Source: Alphaproteobacteria bacterium
GTDB lineage: Bacteria > Pseudomonadota > Alphaproteobacteria > GCA-2731375
Assembly: GCA_965225945.1 (NCBI GenBank)
Contig: CBDDBZ010000028.1
Span: 84,104 to 148,103 of the forward strand
Direction of reading: 5' to 3'
DNA length: 64,000 bases
The position numbers were made by a program, and so were the translations under genes. Under the pieces are notes generated by a model. That model saw only the letters and a program-made list of their open reading frames with translations, had not been told where the DNA came from and ran no database searches. Each line of letters starts with the position of its first letter. Position 1 is the first letter of the stretch. This document shows, one piece after another, positions 20,135-30,359 of the stretch.

Positions 20135-20743
20135 TCACGCCGCCCGCCTGGCCAGGATCACCTCGCGGACCAGCGGGATGCGGTCGTTGCCGAAGTACAT
20201 CTCGTCGTCGACGAAGATCGTCGGCGAGCCGAAGCCGCCGCGCTGGATCAACTCCTCCGTGTTGGCGCGGAGCGCGGCCTTGATCTCGTCCCGGGCGGTC
20301 GCCGCCAACAGCTCCTCGCCGTCGACGCCGACGCGAGCCGCCACCTCGGCCAAGACGTCGTCTTGGGAGATGTCGCGATCCTCGCCCCAATAGGTCTCGA
20401 AGACCGCGCGGGCGAAGGCGGGAAGCTTGCCCTCCTCGGCCAGCGTCACACAGCCGCGCATGGCCTTGACGCTGTTCACTGGAAACACCGTCGGATGCCA
20501 GGTGATGGCGAGGCCCGTGTGGCGGGCCCAATCGGCCAGATCCTTGGCCAGGTAGGCGGCCTTCGGCGGCACGGGATGGTCACGCGAGGCCTGCACGCTC
20601 GGGTTGACGGCATTGAACACGCCGCCGACCAGGATCGGCCGCCAGTTCACCGCCACGTCGAGCTCGCTCGCCAGCGCTTCCATCCGATGGAAGCCGAGAT
20701 AGGTCCAGGGGGAGGAGCAATCGAAATAGAAATCGATTCTCAT
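20135..20743 (-). CDS. 2-hydroxychromene-2-carboxylate isomerase / DsbA (GST-kappa) family
   Basis: DFYFDCSSPWTYL, GGFGSPT, YFGNDR. Confidence 0.9.
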   Translation of the reverse strand: MRIDFYFDCSSPWTYLGFHRMEALASELDVAVNWRPILVGGVFNAVNPSVQASRDHPVPPKAAYLAKDLADWARHTGLAITWHPTVFPVNSVKAMRGCVTLAEEGKLPAFARAVFETYWGEDRDISQDDVLAEVAARVGVDGEELLAATARDEIKAALRANTEELIQRGGFGSPTIFVDDEMYFGNDRIPLVREVILARRAA

Positions 20744-20752
20744 CGGGGTTCC

Positions 20753-21667
20753 TCAGTTGCCGGGCACGACGCCCGGGGGCAGGCTTTCGATATGGGCGCA
20801 GATCTCGCGCGGTCGGGTGATCCAGACCTCCTCGCCATGTTCCTGGATATGACGCAAGGCGCGACGAAGCTGGCGGATCCGATAGGGCCGGCCGACCACG
20901 AAGGGGTGCAGCGAGAGCGGGCAGACCAGGGGCTGGCGGGCCGACTGCTCCAGCATCTCGTCGAAGTGGTCGATGATCATGTCGGCGAAGTCGGCCGAGG
21001 TGTACCGATACCAGACGATGCCGCGGGTATCGTTGACCTCGATCGGGTAGGGGATCGAGAGGATGCGACCACCCCTCGTCTTCATCCAGATCGGCTGGTC
21101 GTCCATGGTCCAGTCCATGGTGTAGCGGTAGCCGGCCTCTTGCAGCAGGTCGAGGGTCCGCGCGCTGTTGGAAAGCCACGGGCTCATCCAGCCGACCGGC
21201 GGCGCCCCCTCCTCGGCCGTGATCCGGGCCGTGATCGCTTCGATGTGGGCGCGTTCCGCCGCCTCGTCGAGCGGGCCCTGCTCGTCCGAGTTGGTGATTC
21301 CATGGCCCAGGATCTCGTCGCCGCGGGCGCGGAAGGCCTCGGCGATGCCCGGGCATTCGTCGTAGATCGCGGTATTGAGCTGGACCTCGGCCGGCAGACC
21401 CAACTCGTCGAACATCTCCATGAGGCGCCAGACGCCGACCCGGTTGCCATAATCGCGCCAGGAATAGATCGAATGGCTTTGCGCCTGATCGGGCGGCGCG
21501 ATCGCGGCCCCCTTGCCGGTGCCATAGCGAAACGCCTCGACGTTGATGGCGATATAGACGGCGATACGCTTGCCGTCCGGCCAGTCATAGTCGGGGCGCT
21601 CGGGTATGGCGCTGAAATCGTAGCGGCCGTGAGTTTCGAGCATGGGAACATTCCTCGGGCGGATCAT
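20753..21667 (-). CDS. polysaccharide deacetylase family protein (PuuE-like)
   Basis: WPDGKRIAV, SWRDYGNRVG, ILGHG, DDQP, LHPF. Confidence 0.87.
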   Translation of the reverse strand: MIRPRNVPMLETHGRYDFSAIPERPDYDWPDGKRIAVYIAINVEAFRYGTGKGAAIAPPDQAQSHSIYSWRDYGNRVGVWRLMEMFDELGLPAEVQLNTAIYDECPGIAEAFRARGDEILGHGITNSDEQGPLDEAAERAHIEAITARITAEEGAPPVGWMSPWLSNSARTLDLLQEAGYRYTMDWTMDDQPIWMKTRGGRILSIPYPIEVNDTRGIVWYRYTSADFADMIIDHFDEMLEQSARQPLVCPLSLHPFVVGRPYRIRQLRRALRHIQEHGEEVWITRPREICAHIESLPPGVVPGN

Positions 21668-21687
21668 GCTCTTGCGCCGAACCGGGT

Positions 21688-22869
21688 TCAAGCACCAGCG
21701 TCGAGGGCCGCCGTCGGAGCCGCCGCCTCGGCGCTGGCGGGGAAGATCTCGGGCACGCCGAAGGGCAGGGTTTCGAGGTAGAGCGAACGCGAGGGAAAGG
21801 CGAAGCTGGCGCCGTTCTCTTCCACGATCTGCTTGATGCGGTAGAGCAGCGCCTCCTTCACTCCCATCCACTCGCCCCAGGCCTTGGTCTTGGTGAAGCA
21901 GTAGAGCATGATGTCGACGCTGGAATCGCCAAAGGAATCGACGTTGATCAGCGTGGTGACGCGGCCCGGGTCGGTCTCGAAGTCCTCGCCCTCGTAGACA
22001 TGCGCACGGATCGCCTCGACGATGGCGCGAAGCTGGTCGATGCTGGTGCGGTATTCCAGGCCGATGGTCCACCAGATCCGCCGGTGGCTCATGCGCGAGA
22101 AGTTGATCAGCGCCTTGCCGGTCAGCAGCGAATTCGGGATCGTCACCAGCGACTGATCGAAGCGGCGGATCTTGGTGGTGCGAAAGCCGATCGACTCCAC
22201 CGTGCCCTCGACGTCGGGGGTGCGGATCCAATCGCCCTGCTCGAAGATGTGGTCGAGGAAGATGTTGAGGCCGGCGAACAGGTTGGAGATCAGGTTCTGC
22301 GCCCCGAAGGCGACGGCCATGCCGACCAGGCCGAGACCACCCAAGAGCGCCGCGACGTTGAAGTCCCATTCCTCCAGCACCGCGACCACGCCCAGACAAG
22401 CGATGGCGAACTTGGCGATCTTGGCGAAGAAGTCGCGCAGCGAATCGCGCAAGCCCCGGCTTCCCATCACCAACGTCAGGCGGTCGACCAGATAGGCGAG
22501 CGGATCCACGAGGCGATAGAGCGACCAGAAGATGGTGAAGGCGATCAGCGAGCGGACGACGCGGCCGAGAAAGAGCTCGACCTCGGAGGGAAAGGGCGCC
22601 ACCTGGCTCGCCGCATAAATCCCCATCACGACGAAGAGGAAGCGCAGCGGCGCCTCCAGCGCCGTCAGCACGGCGTCGTCGATCTCGGTTCGGGTCCGCT
22701 TGGTGAAGCGCCGCAGGAAGTCGATCAGGATCCGTGCGAGGAAGCGGCGCAGCAACAAGAACAAGATGAAGACGGCGAGCGCGCTCAGCACGTGGCCCAG
22801 GTCGACCCCGCCGACGCCCGCGCGCCAAACGGTCACCACTTCGTTCCAGAAGCCGCTCAGGGTGTCCAT
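21688..22869 (-). CDS. small-conductance mechanosensitive channel (MscS family)
   Basis: TM helices, GLGLVGMAVAFGAQ, GDWI, GTVESIGFRTT, FAFPSR. Confidence 0.92.
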   Translation of the reverse strand: MDTLSGFWNEVVTVWRAGVGGVDLGHVLSALAVFILFLLLRRFLARILIDFLRRFTKRTRTEIDDAVLTALEAPLRFLFVVMGIYAASQVAPFPSEVELFLGRVVRSLIAFTIFWSLYRLVDPLAYLVDRLTLVMGSRGLRDSLRDFFAKIAKFAIACLGVVAVLEEWDFNVAALLGGLGLVGMAVAFGAQNLISNLFAGLNIFLDHIFEQGDWIRTPDVEGTVESIGFRTTKIRRFDQSLVTIPNSLLTGKALINFSRMSHRRIWWTIGLEYRTSIDQLRAIVEAIRAHVYEGEDFETDPGRVTTLINVDSFGDSSVDIMLYCFTKTKAWGEWMGVKEALLYRIKQIVEENGASFAFPSRSLYLETLPFGVPEIFPASAEAAAPTAALDAGA

Positions 22870-22926
22870 GTCACGCCTCTCCAAGCGAAGTATCGTCCGG
22901 GGCGGTCGAGGCGCTTGTCCATGGCT

Positions 22927-23940
22927 CTAATCGCCGACGCCGGGGAAGACAAGCGCGACCTTACCGCGCGATTCACGCCCTTGCACAGTCGCCACCGCCT
23001 CCTGGAAGCTCTCGATCGGAAAGCGGTGCGACACCACGGGCCTCAGCTTGCCGGCCGCGTACCATTCGGCCAGATCGCCCTGCAGCTCGCGCACCCGGGT
23101 CTCGTGGACTTCGGGCCTGTCGCCGTCCAGCGTCCAACCGACGTAGATGCCGTAGTTGAGACCGATGGCGCTGACGTTCTTCACCAGAAGATGATTGCTC
23201 GGAAAGGCGAAGACGTCGCCCGAAGCGAAGCCGATGGTGAGGATTCGGCCGTCGAAGGCGAGACAGCGAAGCGATTGCCGGCTCGCTTCGCCGCCGATCG
23301 GGTCGATCACGACGTCGACGCCCCGCCCCTCGGTCAGCGCGCGGATCCGCGCCACCAAGTCAGTCCCGAGAATCAGCGTCTCGTCGGCGCCGTGCGCGCG
23401 GGCGAGCACCAGCTTCTCCTCAGTGCCGGCGGTGGCGATCACCCGGGCGCCGAGGAATTTGGCGATCTCGACGACCGCCAAGCCGACCGCGCCGCTGGCG
23501 CCGTGTACCAGCAGCGCCTCGCCCGCCACGAGTTTCGCCTTCCAGACCAGCGCGGCATAAGCCGTGGCGTAGGAGAGCGGTAAATTGGTCGCCTCGGCGA
23601 GGTCGATACCCGGGGGGGCGGGATAGACCGTGGCCTCGTGGACCACCGACTCTTCCGCATGGCCGCCCCATGGCAGCACTGCCATCACCCGATCGCCGGG
23701 CCGGAAGCGTGTGACCTCGGGGCCAACCTCGCCGACCACCCCCGCGGCTTCGGTCCCCGGTGCGAAGGGAAGTGGCGGCTTGCGTTGGTAGCGACCGGCG
23801 ACGACGATGGCGGTGGCGAAGCTGACCCCGGCGGCGGCGTGGCGAATGCGGACGCCCTTGGCCGTCATCACCGGTGGCGCCACCTCCTCAACCGCCAGGT
23901 TCTCGAACGGCCCGAACTCCCGACACATTACCGCGCGCAA
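22927..23940 (-). CDS. NADPH:quinone oxidoreductase (MDR) family
   Basis: PPLPFAPGTE, VHGASGAVG, IGFASG; TTG start with GGAG RBS. Confidence 0.88.
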   Translation of the reverse strand: MRAVMCREFGPFENLAVEEVAPPVMTAKGVRIRHAAAGVSFATAIVVAGRYQRKPPLPFAPGTEAAGVVGEVGPEVTRFRPGDRVMAVLPWGGHAEESVVHEATVYPAPPGIDLAEATNLPLSYATAYAALVWKAKLVAGEALLVHGASGAVGLAVVEIAKFLGARVIATAGTEEKLVLARAHGADETLILGTDLVARIRALTEGRGVDVVIDPIGGEASRQSLRCLAFDGRILTIGFASGDVFAFPSNHLLVKNVSAIGLNYGIYVGWTLDGDRPEVHETRVRELQGDLAEWYAAGKLRPVVSHRFPIESFQEAVATVQGRESRGKVALVFPGVGD

Positions 23941-24201
23941 CGCTCCCTCCCACCGTTCGCCGCCCCTCCGTTGGCCGCTGGATGGCGCGCAGGCTATGCG
24001 GCCTGGGAAATCGCTTCAAGGGCACACCGACATGACCTTCGCCGAGACACCGCCCTCACGCCGGCTACATCACCGGCCGATCGCTTCTGGTCGACGGCGG
24101 CCTCTTCGACGGCGTGGTTCGAGGGGCGTATTTCCAACCGCCCGGCGCGGGGAAAACGGATAGACGTGGAGCACCCGCCCGTCGCTCCGGTCCAGGGCGC
24201 G

Positions 24202-24426
24202 TCATCCGCGGACGATCTCCACCAGATGCTCGCGGCCGAGATCGATCAGGTGCGCCTCTTTCTCCGCCGCCAAGAGCCCGGCGCCAATTCCGGCGGTCAT
24301 CGCCAGCACCAAGGAGCGGTCGCTCATATCGAGCCAGAAGCCGCGCCTGACGAGCTTGCCGTCGCTGTCGCGGGCGAAGGGGTCGTCCGGATTGGCGCCG
24401 AGATCGGGCTGGTGAAAACGGGTCAT
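24202..24426 (-). CDS. small hypothetical protein
   Basis: 74-aa ORF with GAGGAG RBS directly downstream of the NIPSNAP gene; genome-typical codons. Confidence 0.6.
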   Translation of the reverse strand: MTRFHQPDLGANPDDPFARDSDGKLVRRGFWLDMSDRSLVLAMTAGIGAGLLAAEKEAHLIDLGREHLVEIVRG

Positions 24427-24454
24427 GGGTGCGTCTCCTCCTCGTCGTGTCGGC

Positions 24455-24778
24455 TCAGGGCTTCGGCCCCCAGGGCGCGTTCAGCAGCAGCTTCACCTCT
24501 TGGCTCATGACCAGCGGCCGGATCTGGCCCGCGAAGTTCATGAAGGCCTGGTCCTGGAACAGCTTGGCCCAAAAGGCCCGGCGATCGGCGTCGTCCTCGA
24601 ATCGCCAGAGGTGGACCAACTGATTGATGGTGCCGACATCGGCGGTGAAGTAGCCGACGAGGTGGGTCGAGAATCCACCCCCCTCGAGCGCCGGCCAGCC
24701 GAGCTCGCCGTAGAGCCGCACCGCCTCGGCCATTTTGCCGACGTAGAGCGTATAGGTCCGCATTTCATAGATCGCCAT
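24455..24778 (-). CDS. NIPSNAP family protein
   Basis: IYEMRTYTL, GTINQLVHLW, DRRA; GGAGG RBS. Confidence 0.9.
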   Translation of the reverse strand: MAIYEMRTYTLYVGKMAEAVRLYGELGWPALEGGGFSTHLVGYFTADVGTINQLVHLWRFEDDADRRAFWAKLFQDQAFMNFAGQIRPLVMSQEVKLLLNAPWGPKP

Positions 24779-24884
24779 CTCTGCCTCCTCCTCGATCGTG
24801 TCTCGCCGGGGAGCTTATACCAAGCGCCATGCATGGCGACTCCGACGGCCCGACGCTGGAGCGGGAGGCGACGGCGTGGTTGGC

Positions 24885-25721
24885 CTACACCGCGCCGGAG
24901 TGTTCCTGGATGAAGACGTGGGCATAGAGATTGGCGATCCAGAACTTGCCCTCTTGCGTGACCTGCAGATACCCGAGACTCGGATCGAGGAAGGGCCGGA
25001 CCGTGCCCCAGAAGAACTTGGGATAGGCATCGCTCAGGTCGGCCGGGCGCTCGTAGCCGAAGCGGGCATTGGCGCCGGTCTCCTGGAATTCGGCGAACAG
25101 CAGGGGCAGTTTTTTCAAGTAGTCGAGGTCGGCCATCTGACCGATCAGGTCCGCCGCGCGCAGGAGCCCCGGAAAGGTCTCGGTGCCGGAGGCGCTGTCG
25201 CCCTCCGGCATGGGAAAGCGGGTGTGCTCGATGTTCGCCACGACGGCGTTGTAGTTGATCCGTGGTACCTTGCCGAAGCGCTCGCGAACGAAGATCTCGG
25301 AACGGTTGACGTGGTGCGGCGTCAGCGCCGCGTCGGTGGCGCCGCGCGCCAGCGTCACCGTCGCGCCATCGCCGTCGATCACGTATTCGCCGTCACGGTC
25401 GTCGCGACAGACACCCCGGACGTAGCCGATGTCGTGACAGAGCAGGGAGATGACGAAATGCAGCCAGTCCCCGGGCGACACGCCCCCCTCGATGATCTGC
25501 TTGCCGCGCAGGATCTCCTGGCCGACCTCGGTCACCATGATGGTGTGGTCGACGTCGTGATAGGGCGCGTCGGAGTTGGCGATGTTCTCCAGCGCGATGC
25601 GGCCGACGAAGCCGATGATGTTGGGATATTCGGGCTCCAGGAGGCCATAGACTCGGTGGTAGTTCTGGCGCAGTCGATCGACGAAGGCGTCGATCACGAT
25701 CATGGCCGGATTGAACATCAT
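24885..25721 (-). CDS. HD-domain metal-dependent phosphohydrolase
   Basis: DAPYHDVDHT, LCHDIGY, RAADLIGQ. Confidence 0.85.
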   Translation of the reverse strand: MMFNPAMIVIDAFVDRLRQNYHRVYGLLEPEYPNIIGFVGRIALENIANSDAPYHDVDHTIMVTEVGQEILRGKQIIEGGVSPGDWLHFVISLLCHDIGYVRGVCRDDRDGEYVIDGDGATVTLARGATDAALTPHHVNRSEIFVRERFGKVPRINYNAVVANIEHTRFPMPEGDSASGTETFPGLLRAADLIGQMADLDYLKKLPLLFAEFQETGANARFGYERPADLSDAYPKFFWGTVRPFLDPSLGYLQVTQEGKFWIANLYAHVFIQEHSGAV

Positions 25722-25776
25722 CGCCCCCCTCGGCTCCGCCCGTCGTCCTCGCCAACTGGAAGTTTCCAGCGCGCGC

Positions 25777-26196
25777 TCAGCCGACTTGCATCGAATAACA
25801 GGCCCGGCCGACGGCAAGCAGGCGGTCGCTCTCGTCCATCACGTCGACGTCGACCACGCCCACCGTGCGCCCGGCCCGGCGCACCCGGGCCGTCGCGATC
25901 AGGTCGGTGTTGAAGGCGGGGCGGAGGTAGTCGGTGCGGAAGTTGATGGTCGGCACCCCGCCGCCCAAGGCAACGGCCAGCGCATAGTCGCCCACGGTGT
26001 CGATCAGCGCCGCGATCGGCCCGCCGTGGAACTGGCCAGTGCCGGCCTTGCGCTCGAACTCGGGGCGGAGCGGCATCCGCATGGTGATCTCGCCCGCCGC
26101 CGCGTCGAGCGAGGTGACCCTCAGATTCATGAAGGCGATGAAGGGCGAGGCGTCGAGCATCGCCTGGATCTCCTCGGCGGTGAGCGGCGCGGTCAT
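25777..26196 (-). CDS. PaaI family thioesterase
   Basis: FHGGPIAALIDT, PTINFRTDYLRP; ATGA overlap with the upstream gene. Confidence 0.9.
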   Translation of the reverse strand: MTAPLTAEEIQAMLDASPFIAFMNLRVTSLDAAAGEITMRMPLRPEFERKAGTGQFHGGPIAALIDTVGDYALAVALGGGVPTINFRTDYLRPAFNTDLIATARVRRAGRTVGVVDVDVMDESDRLLAVGRACYSMQVG

Positions 26197-27197
26197 GGCA
26201 CGATCACCACCTTGCCGAAGATCGCCCGGTCCTCCATCAGTTTCACGCCCCTCGCCGCCTCTTCCAGCGGCAGTTCCCGGTCGATCACCGGGGCCATGCG
26301 GCCCGCCTGGATATGGCCCATCAAGGTCTCCAGATCGTCCCGCGTCCAACTGTTGGAGCCGAGGACCTTCAACTCGAAGCTCCAGATGTAGCGGATGTCG
26401 GTCTTCGGGTCGAAGCCGGCGGTGGCGCCACAGGTCAGCAGCCGCCCGCCCCGCCTCAGGGATTTGAAGGAGGGTACCCAGGTCTCTCCGCCGGTGAAGT
26501 TGACGACCACGTCGACGCCGCCCTCCCGGCTCCGCCGGTGGGGCTTGCCATGGCGCCGCCAGATCTCCCGTTCGAAGGCGCTCGTCGCGTAGTTGATGCC
26601 ATCGTCAGCGCCGAGCGCCTTCAGCCGCTCCAGCTTCTCCTCGCTGCTGGCGGCGACGATCACCTCTGCCCCGGCCATCTTGGCCAGCAGCACGCAGCAG
26701 GTGCCGACGCCGCCGCTCGCGCCGAGGACCAGGACCTTCTCGCCCGCCTTGACATGGCCGTTCTCGAACATCATGCGATGCGCGGTACCGTAAGCGACGG
26801 GAAGCGCTGCCGCCTCGGCGAAGCTCACGCCGTCGGGAATCGGGATCAACTGGCTCGCTGAACAGACGCAGTATTCGGCCAGGCCGCCATCCAGCATCTC
26901 GCCCATCAGCCCGCGCTCGGGATGGATCGGGTTGATCAGCACCGCTTCTCCCTCCGACCAGCCCTCGACGCCCTCGCCCAGTGCCGCCACCTCGCCGGCG
27001 ATGTCGAGCCCCGGGATCACCGGCAGCGGCACCTTGATCCCGGGCATGCCGCGGCAGGTGAAGACGTCGTGGTAGTTGAGCGAGGAGGCCTTGATCCGGA
27101 CCAGCACGTGGCCGGCCTCGAGCTCGGGCTCGCGGTAGTCCGGCTCGTAGGTCAGGTTCTCCATGCCGCCATGGCGGTGTAGGACGGTGGCGCGCAT
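26193..27197 (-). CDS. zinc-binding dehydrogenase / quinone reductase (MDR family)
   Basis: SLNYHD, LGASGGVG, TCGATAG, IFGKVV. Confidence 0.9.
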   Translation of the reverse strand: MRATVLHRHGGMENLTYEPDYREPELEAGHVLVRIKASSLNYHDVFTCRGMPGIKVPLPVIPGLDIAGEVAALGEGVEGWSEGEAVLINPIHPERGLMGEMLDGGLAEYCVCSASQLIPIPDGVSFAEAAALPVAYGTAHRMMFENGHVKAGEKVLVLGASGGVGTCCVLLAKMAGAEVIVAASSEEKLERLKALGADDGINYATSAFEREIWRRHGKPHRRSREGGVDVVVNFTGGETWVPSFKSLRRGGRLLTCGATAGFDPKTDIRYIWSFELKVLGSNSWTRDDLETLMGHIQAGRMAPVIDRELPLEEAARGVKLMEDRAIFGKVVIVP

Positions 27198-27435
27198 CGT
27201 CGCTCCCTCGGGGGCCCCTGGGGCGGCGATTAGAGACCAGGCGACGAGCGCTGTCGATGCCATCGGCGCTCGGCTTGTGGTGGCCGGCGGCATCTCCGAC
27301 GGGATCTTGGCCGATCCGGTCAACAGGAAACAAAAATCGGGACGGGCGGGCATTTCGCCCGTCCGCCCCGCCGAGTGGGGCGGCCCGTGGGCATGGGAGG
27401 AAAGCCGCCGCCCCAATCGTGTCCTCGCGGCTCGA

Positions 27436-28219
27436 TCAGCTCGACCGTCCCATCCGCCGGTCGAGTTGCGCCTTCCGATCGGCGACGACCCGTTCGTGGT
27501 TGCCGTCGATCCAGCGCCGCTGGACCGCCCAGTAGTCGTCGCTCCGGCGGTTGATCAGCACCGAGTTGGCCGCCAGCGTCAGCAGAATCGCCTGGCCCTT
27601 CTGGCTCTTGATGGTGGCACGCGGCACGCCGGCCCAATCGACCACCACGTCGAGCGTCCGGCCGTCGGCGTCCCGCTCGTGCGGCCGATAATAGGCGCGG
27701 TCGCGGGGCGTGAGGACGCGGACCCGTCCGCTTCCGTCGGCGACGCGGATTCGGCCCGCCGGCCGGTGGATCAGACCGTAGAGGGTGTAGCCGTCGCGGT
27801 CGGCGGTGCGCACCGCCGTCAGGATGTAGCGGTCGTGGTCCTGGACGCCGTAGCCCCGGAGCACCGCTTGGAAGTGCCGGGTCGCCGCCTCCATGTGGCG
27901 GAAGACGCGGCCGGTGCTACCGCTCTTCGGCACCGTGTCCAGAGCTCGGCCATAAGCGTGGCGATAGGTCCGGTCCAGAGTTACCCCGGTCTTCGCCTTC
28001 TCCATCTCCGCGTTCATCCGGTGCAGATCCGCGTCGATGAAGTAGGGCGCGGTGGCGATGCCCTCGAACAGGCCGGCGAGAATCAGTACCGGCGAGGCGA
28101 TTAGATAGCCCATGGCCTGGCCGAGGCCGTGGGCCGGACTCCGCTCGCTCGCCCGCACGGTGGGCGACGCAGCCGGACATGAGAACGCTGGTCAGGACGA
28201 TGATGATGACTTTTCGCAT
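27436..28219 (-). pseudogene. frameshifted lipoprotein of unknown function
   Basis: Lipoprotein signal MRKVIIIVLTSVLMSG-C (ATG 28219, GGAG RBS) is in one frame; the protein body is in another frame from about 28160. Confidence 0.7.
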
Positions 28220-28390
28220 ATCGAATACTCTCCATTTGTTTGGATGCTCGGCGGCCCCGCCGAATCGACATTTCCGGAAGCGATGTCGTCGAAACTCCGT
28301 CGCATGCTTCGCCGCTCCCTCTTCGACGTCGGCACGGCGATCTCGCCGCCGCGGAGATCGAACGCCGTTTCGTTTCCTGAACAGGCGTAA

Positions 28391-28437
28391 TGAACGACGT
28401 TCAGATAGATCGTGACAGAAAACTTAACATTGTTCAA
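28391..28437. promoter_or_regulatory. two putative TetR operators
   Basis: Palindrome TGAACG-A-CGTTCA (28391-28403) and related TTAACATTGTTCAA (28424-28437) between the divergent genes. Confidence 0.5.
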
Positions 28438-28483
28438 CAACTTTTTTTCAGCTATGTTCCGGACGCCGCGCAAAGGAGGAATC

Positions 28484-29104
28484 ATGCCGCCACGAGGGGA
28501 ACATTCACGCGACGAGCTGCGGGCCCTGATCCTCGCCGCGAGCCGCGACATCGCCGAGGCGAAGGGCCTCAAGGGCCTGACCGCCCGCGCCATCGCCGGG
28601 CGGATCGGCTATTCCCCCGGCACCCTCTACAACGTCTTCGAGAATCTCGACGACGTCGTGGCCCAGCTCAACGCGGAAACTCTCGACGACTTGTTCGAGG
28701 TCATGCGGGCGGTGCCGCGCGACGCCGACCCGGAGACCGCGCTGCTCGACTTGGCGCGCGCCTATGTCGGCTTCGCCCGCGAGCGACCCCGGGTCTGGAA
28801 CCTGGTGTTCGATCACATTCTGCCGGACGGACGCGAGTTGCCGGACTGGTATTACGAGAGGATCCTGCGCCTGCTCGACATCGTCTCGGCCGCCCTGGCG
28901 CCGCTCTTCCCGCTGGGCGAGGAGCGTCAACGCGACCATTCCGCCCGCGTCCTCTGGTCGGCCACCCAGGGGATCAGCTCGCTCGCGGGCGCCGGAAAGC
29001 TGGCGCGGGCGGAATCCGTCGACGGCCTCTTGCGCGCGCTCGTCACCTATCACGTCCGGGGCATCCGCGCCTCGGACCACCACCCCGATTTCGAAAGCGC
29101 CTGA
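28484..29104 (+). CDS. TetR/AcrR family regulator (WHG-like C-terminus)
   Basis: LTARAIAGRIGYSPGTLYNVF HTH, LWSATQG; AGGAGG RBS. Confidence 0.9.
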   Translation: MPPRGEHSRDELRALILAASRDIAEAKGLKGLTARAIAGRIGYSPGTLYNVFENLDDVVAQLNAETLDDLFEVMRAVPRDADPETALLDLARAYVGFARERPRVWNLVFDHILPDGRELPDWYYERILRLLDIVSAALAPLFPLGEERQRDHSARVLWSATQGISSLAGAGKLARAESVDGLLRALVTYHVRGIRASDHHPDFESA

Positions 29105-29184
29105 CGCGCGCTATCCCGCCGCCGTTGCCGGTCCGGGCGGCGCGTGCATAATCGTGCCCGGTTCTTGGCAGGGCGTGGACGGCG

Positions 29185-30243
29185 ATGGAATTCGGGCTTC
29201 AGTTCTTCCCCTGCATCGGCCCGGCGGAGAAGTCCGCCGCCGACTATTGGGCCGAGTCGCTGCACCTGGTCTCGCTCGCCGACGGGCTCGGCTTCACCAG
29301 CGTGCGCACGGTGGAGCACTACTTCCACCCTTATGGCGGCTATAGCCCGAACCCGATCGTCCTGCTCGCCGCCGCCGCGATGCGGACCTCGAGAGCACGG
29401 CTGATCACCGGCGCGGTGCTGCCGGCCTTCAACGATCCGCTGAAGCTCGCCGGCGAGATCGGCATGCTGGACGCGATCTCCGGCGGCCGACTCGAGGTCG
29501 GCTTCGCCCGGGCCTTCCTGCCGCACGAGTTCCAGGCCTTCGGCGTGCCGCTGGACGAAAGCCGGGCGCGCTACGCCGAAGGCGTGGAACAGGTGCGCCT
29601 CTTGCTGGAGAACGACGTCGCGAGCCACCAGGGTCGCTTCCACGCCTTCGAGGACATCACCTCGCTGCCGCGCCCGACGCAAACCCCACGCCCGCCCTTC
29701 TGGGTCGCGGCGTTGGCGACGCCCGCCTCCTTCGAATGGGCCGGGCGCGAGGGCCACGGGGTGATGGCTATTCCCATGGGCGGCGGCAAGATGGCGGAGT
29801 TGATCCGAACCTACCGCGAGGCCTGGGCCGAGGCCGGCCATCCGGGCCGGGGCCGGGTGATGCTGGCCTTCCACATGTTTTGCGACCAGGACCGAGACCG
29901 TGCCGCCGAGATCGCCCGACCCAACCTGAACGCCTATTTGAAGCGGCTGGTGGACGGCGCCCGCCATTGGCTCGACGGCAAAAATTCCGCCGATTATCCG
30001 GGCTACGCCGAGATCATCGCCGCCCTCGACCGGGAGAGCTTCGAGAGCCAGGTCGAGAGCGGCGCCGCCTGGGTCGGCGATCCCGACGACATCGCCAAGG
30101 CCGCCCGGGCTTACCGGGAGGCGGTGGGCCGCTTCGAAATCGCCTCCTTCCAGGTCAACTTCCACCGCATCGGCGTCGAGGACGCGGAACGCTCGATGCG
30201 GCTGTTCGCGGCGGAGGTGGCGAGGCGGCTCGCCGGGGATTGA
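29185..30243 (+). CDS. LLM class flavin-dependent oxidoreductase
   Basis: VEHYF, LDAISGGRLEVGFARAF, PRPTQ, SMRLFA. Confidence 0.9.
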   Translation: MEFGLQFFPCIGPAEKSAADYWAESLHLVSLADGLGFTSVRTVEHYFHPYGGYSPNPIVLLAAAAMRTSRARLITGAVLPAFNDPLKLAGEIGMLDAISGGRLEVGFARAFLPHEFQAFGVPLDESRARYAEGVEQVRLLLENDVASHQGRFHAFEDITSLPRPTQTPRPPFWVAALATPASFEWAGREGHGVMAIPMGGGKMAELIRTYREAWAEAGHPGRGRVMLAFHMFCDQDRDRAAEIARPNLNAYLKRLVDGARHWLDGKNSADYPGYAEIIAALDRESFESQVESGAAWVGDPDDIAKAARAYREAVGRFEIASFQVNFHRIGVEDAERSMRLFAAEVARRLAGD

Positions 30244-30359
30244 GCGCGGCGCCGTGACGGTCCCACCCTGGCTGGTGGCGCTGGTCCTGGGGCCCGCGCG
30301 GCTGCACGCCCGTCGCCGCGAGGCCAAGACCCGCTTCGGAAGCTGAGGTGGATCGCCGC

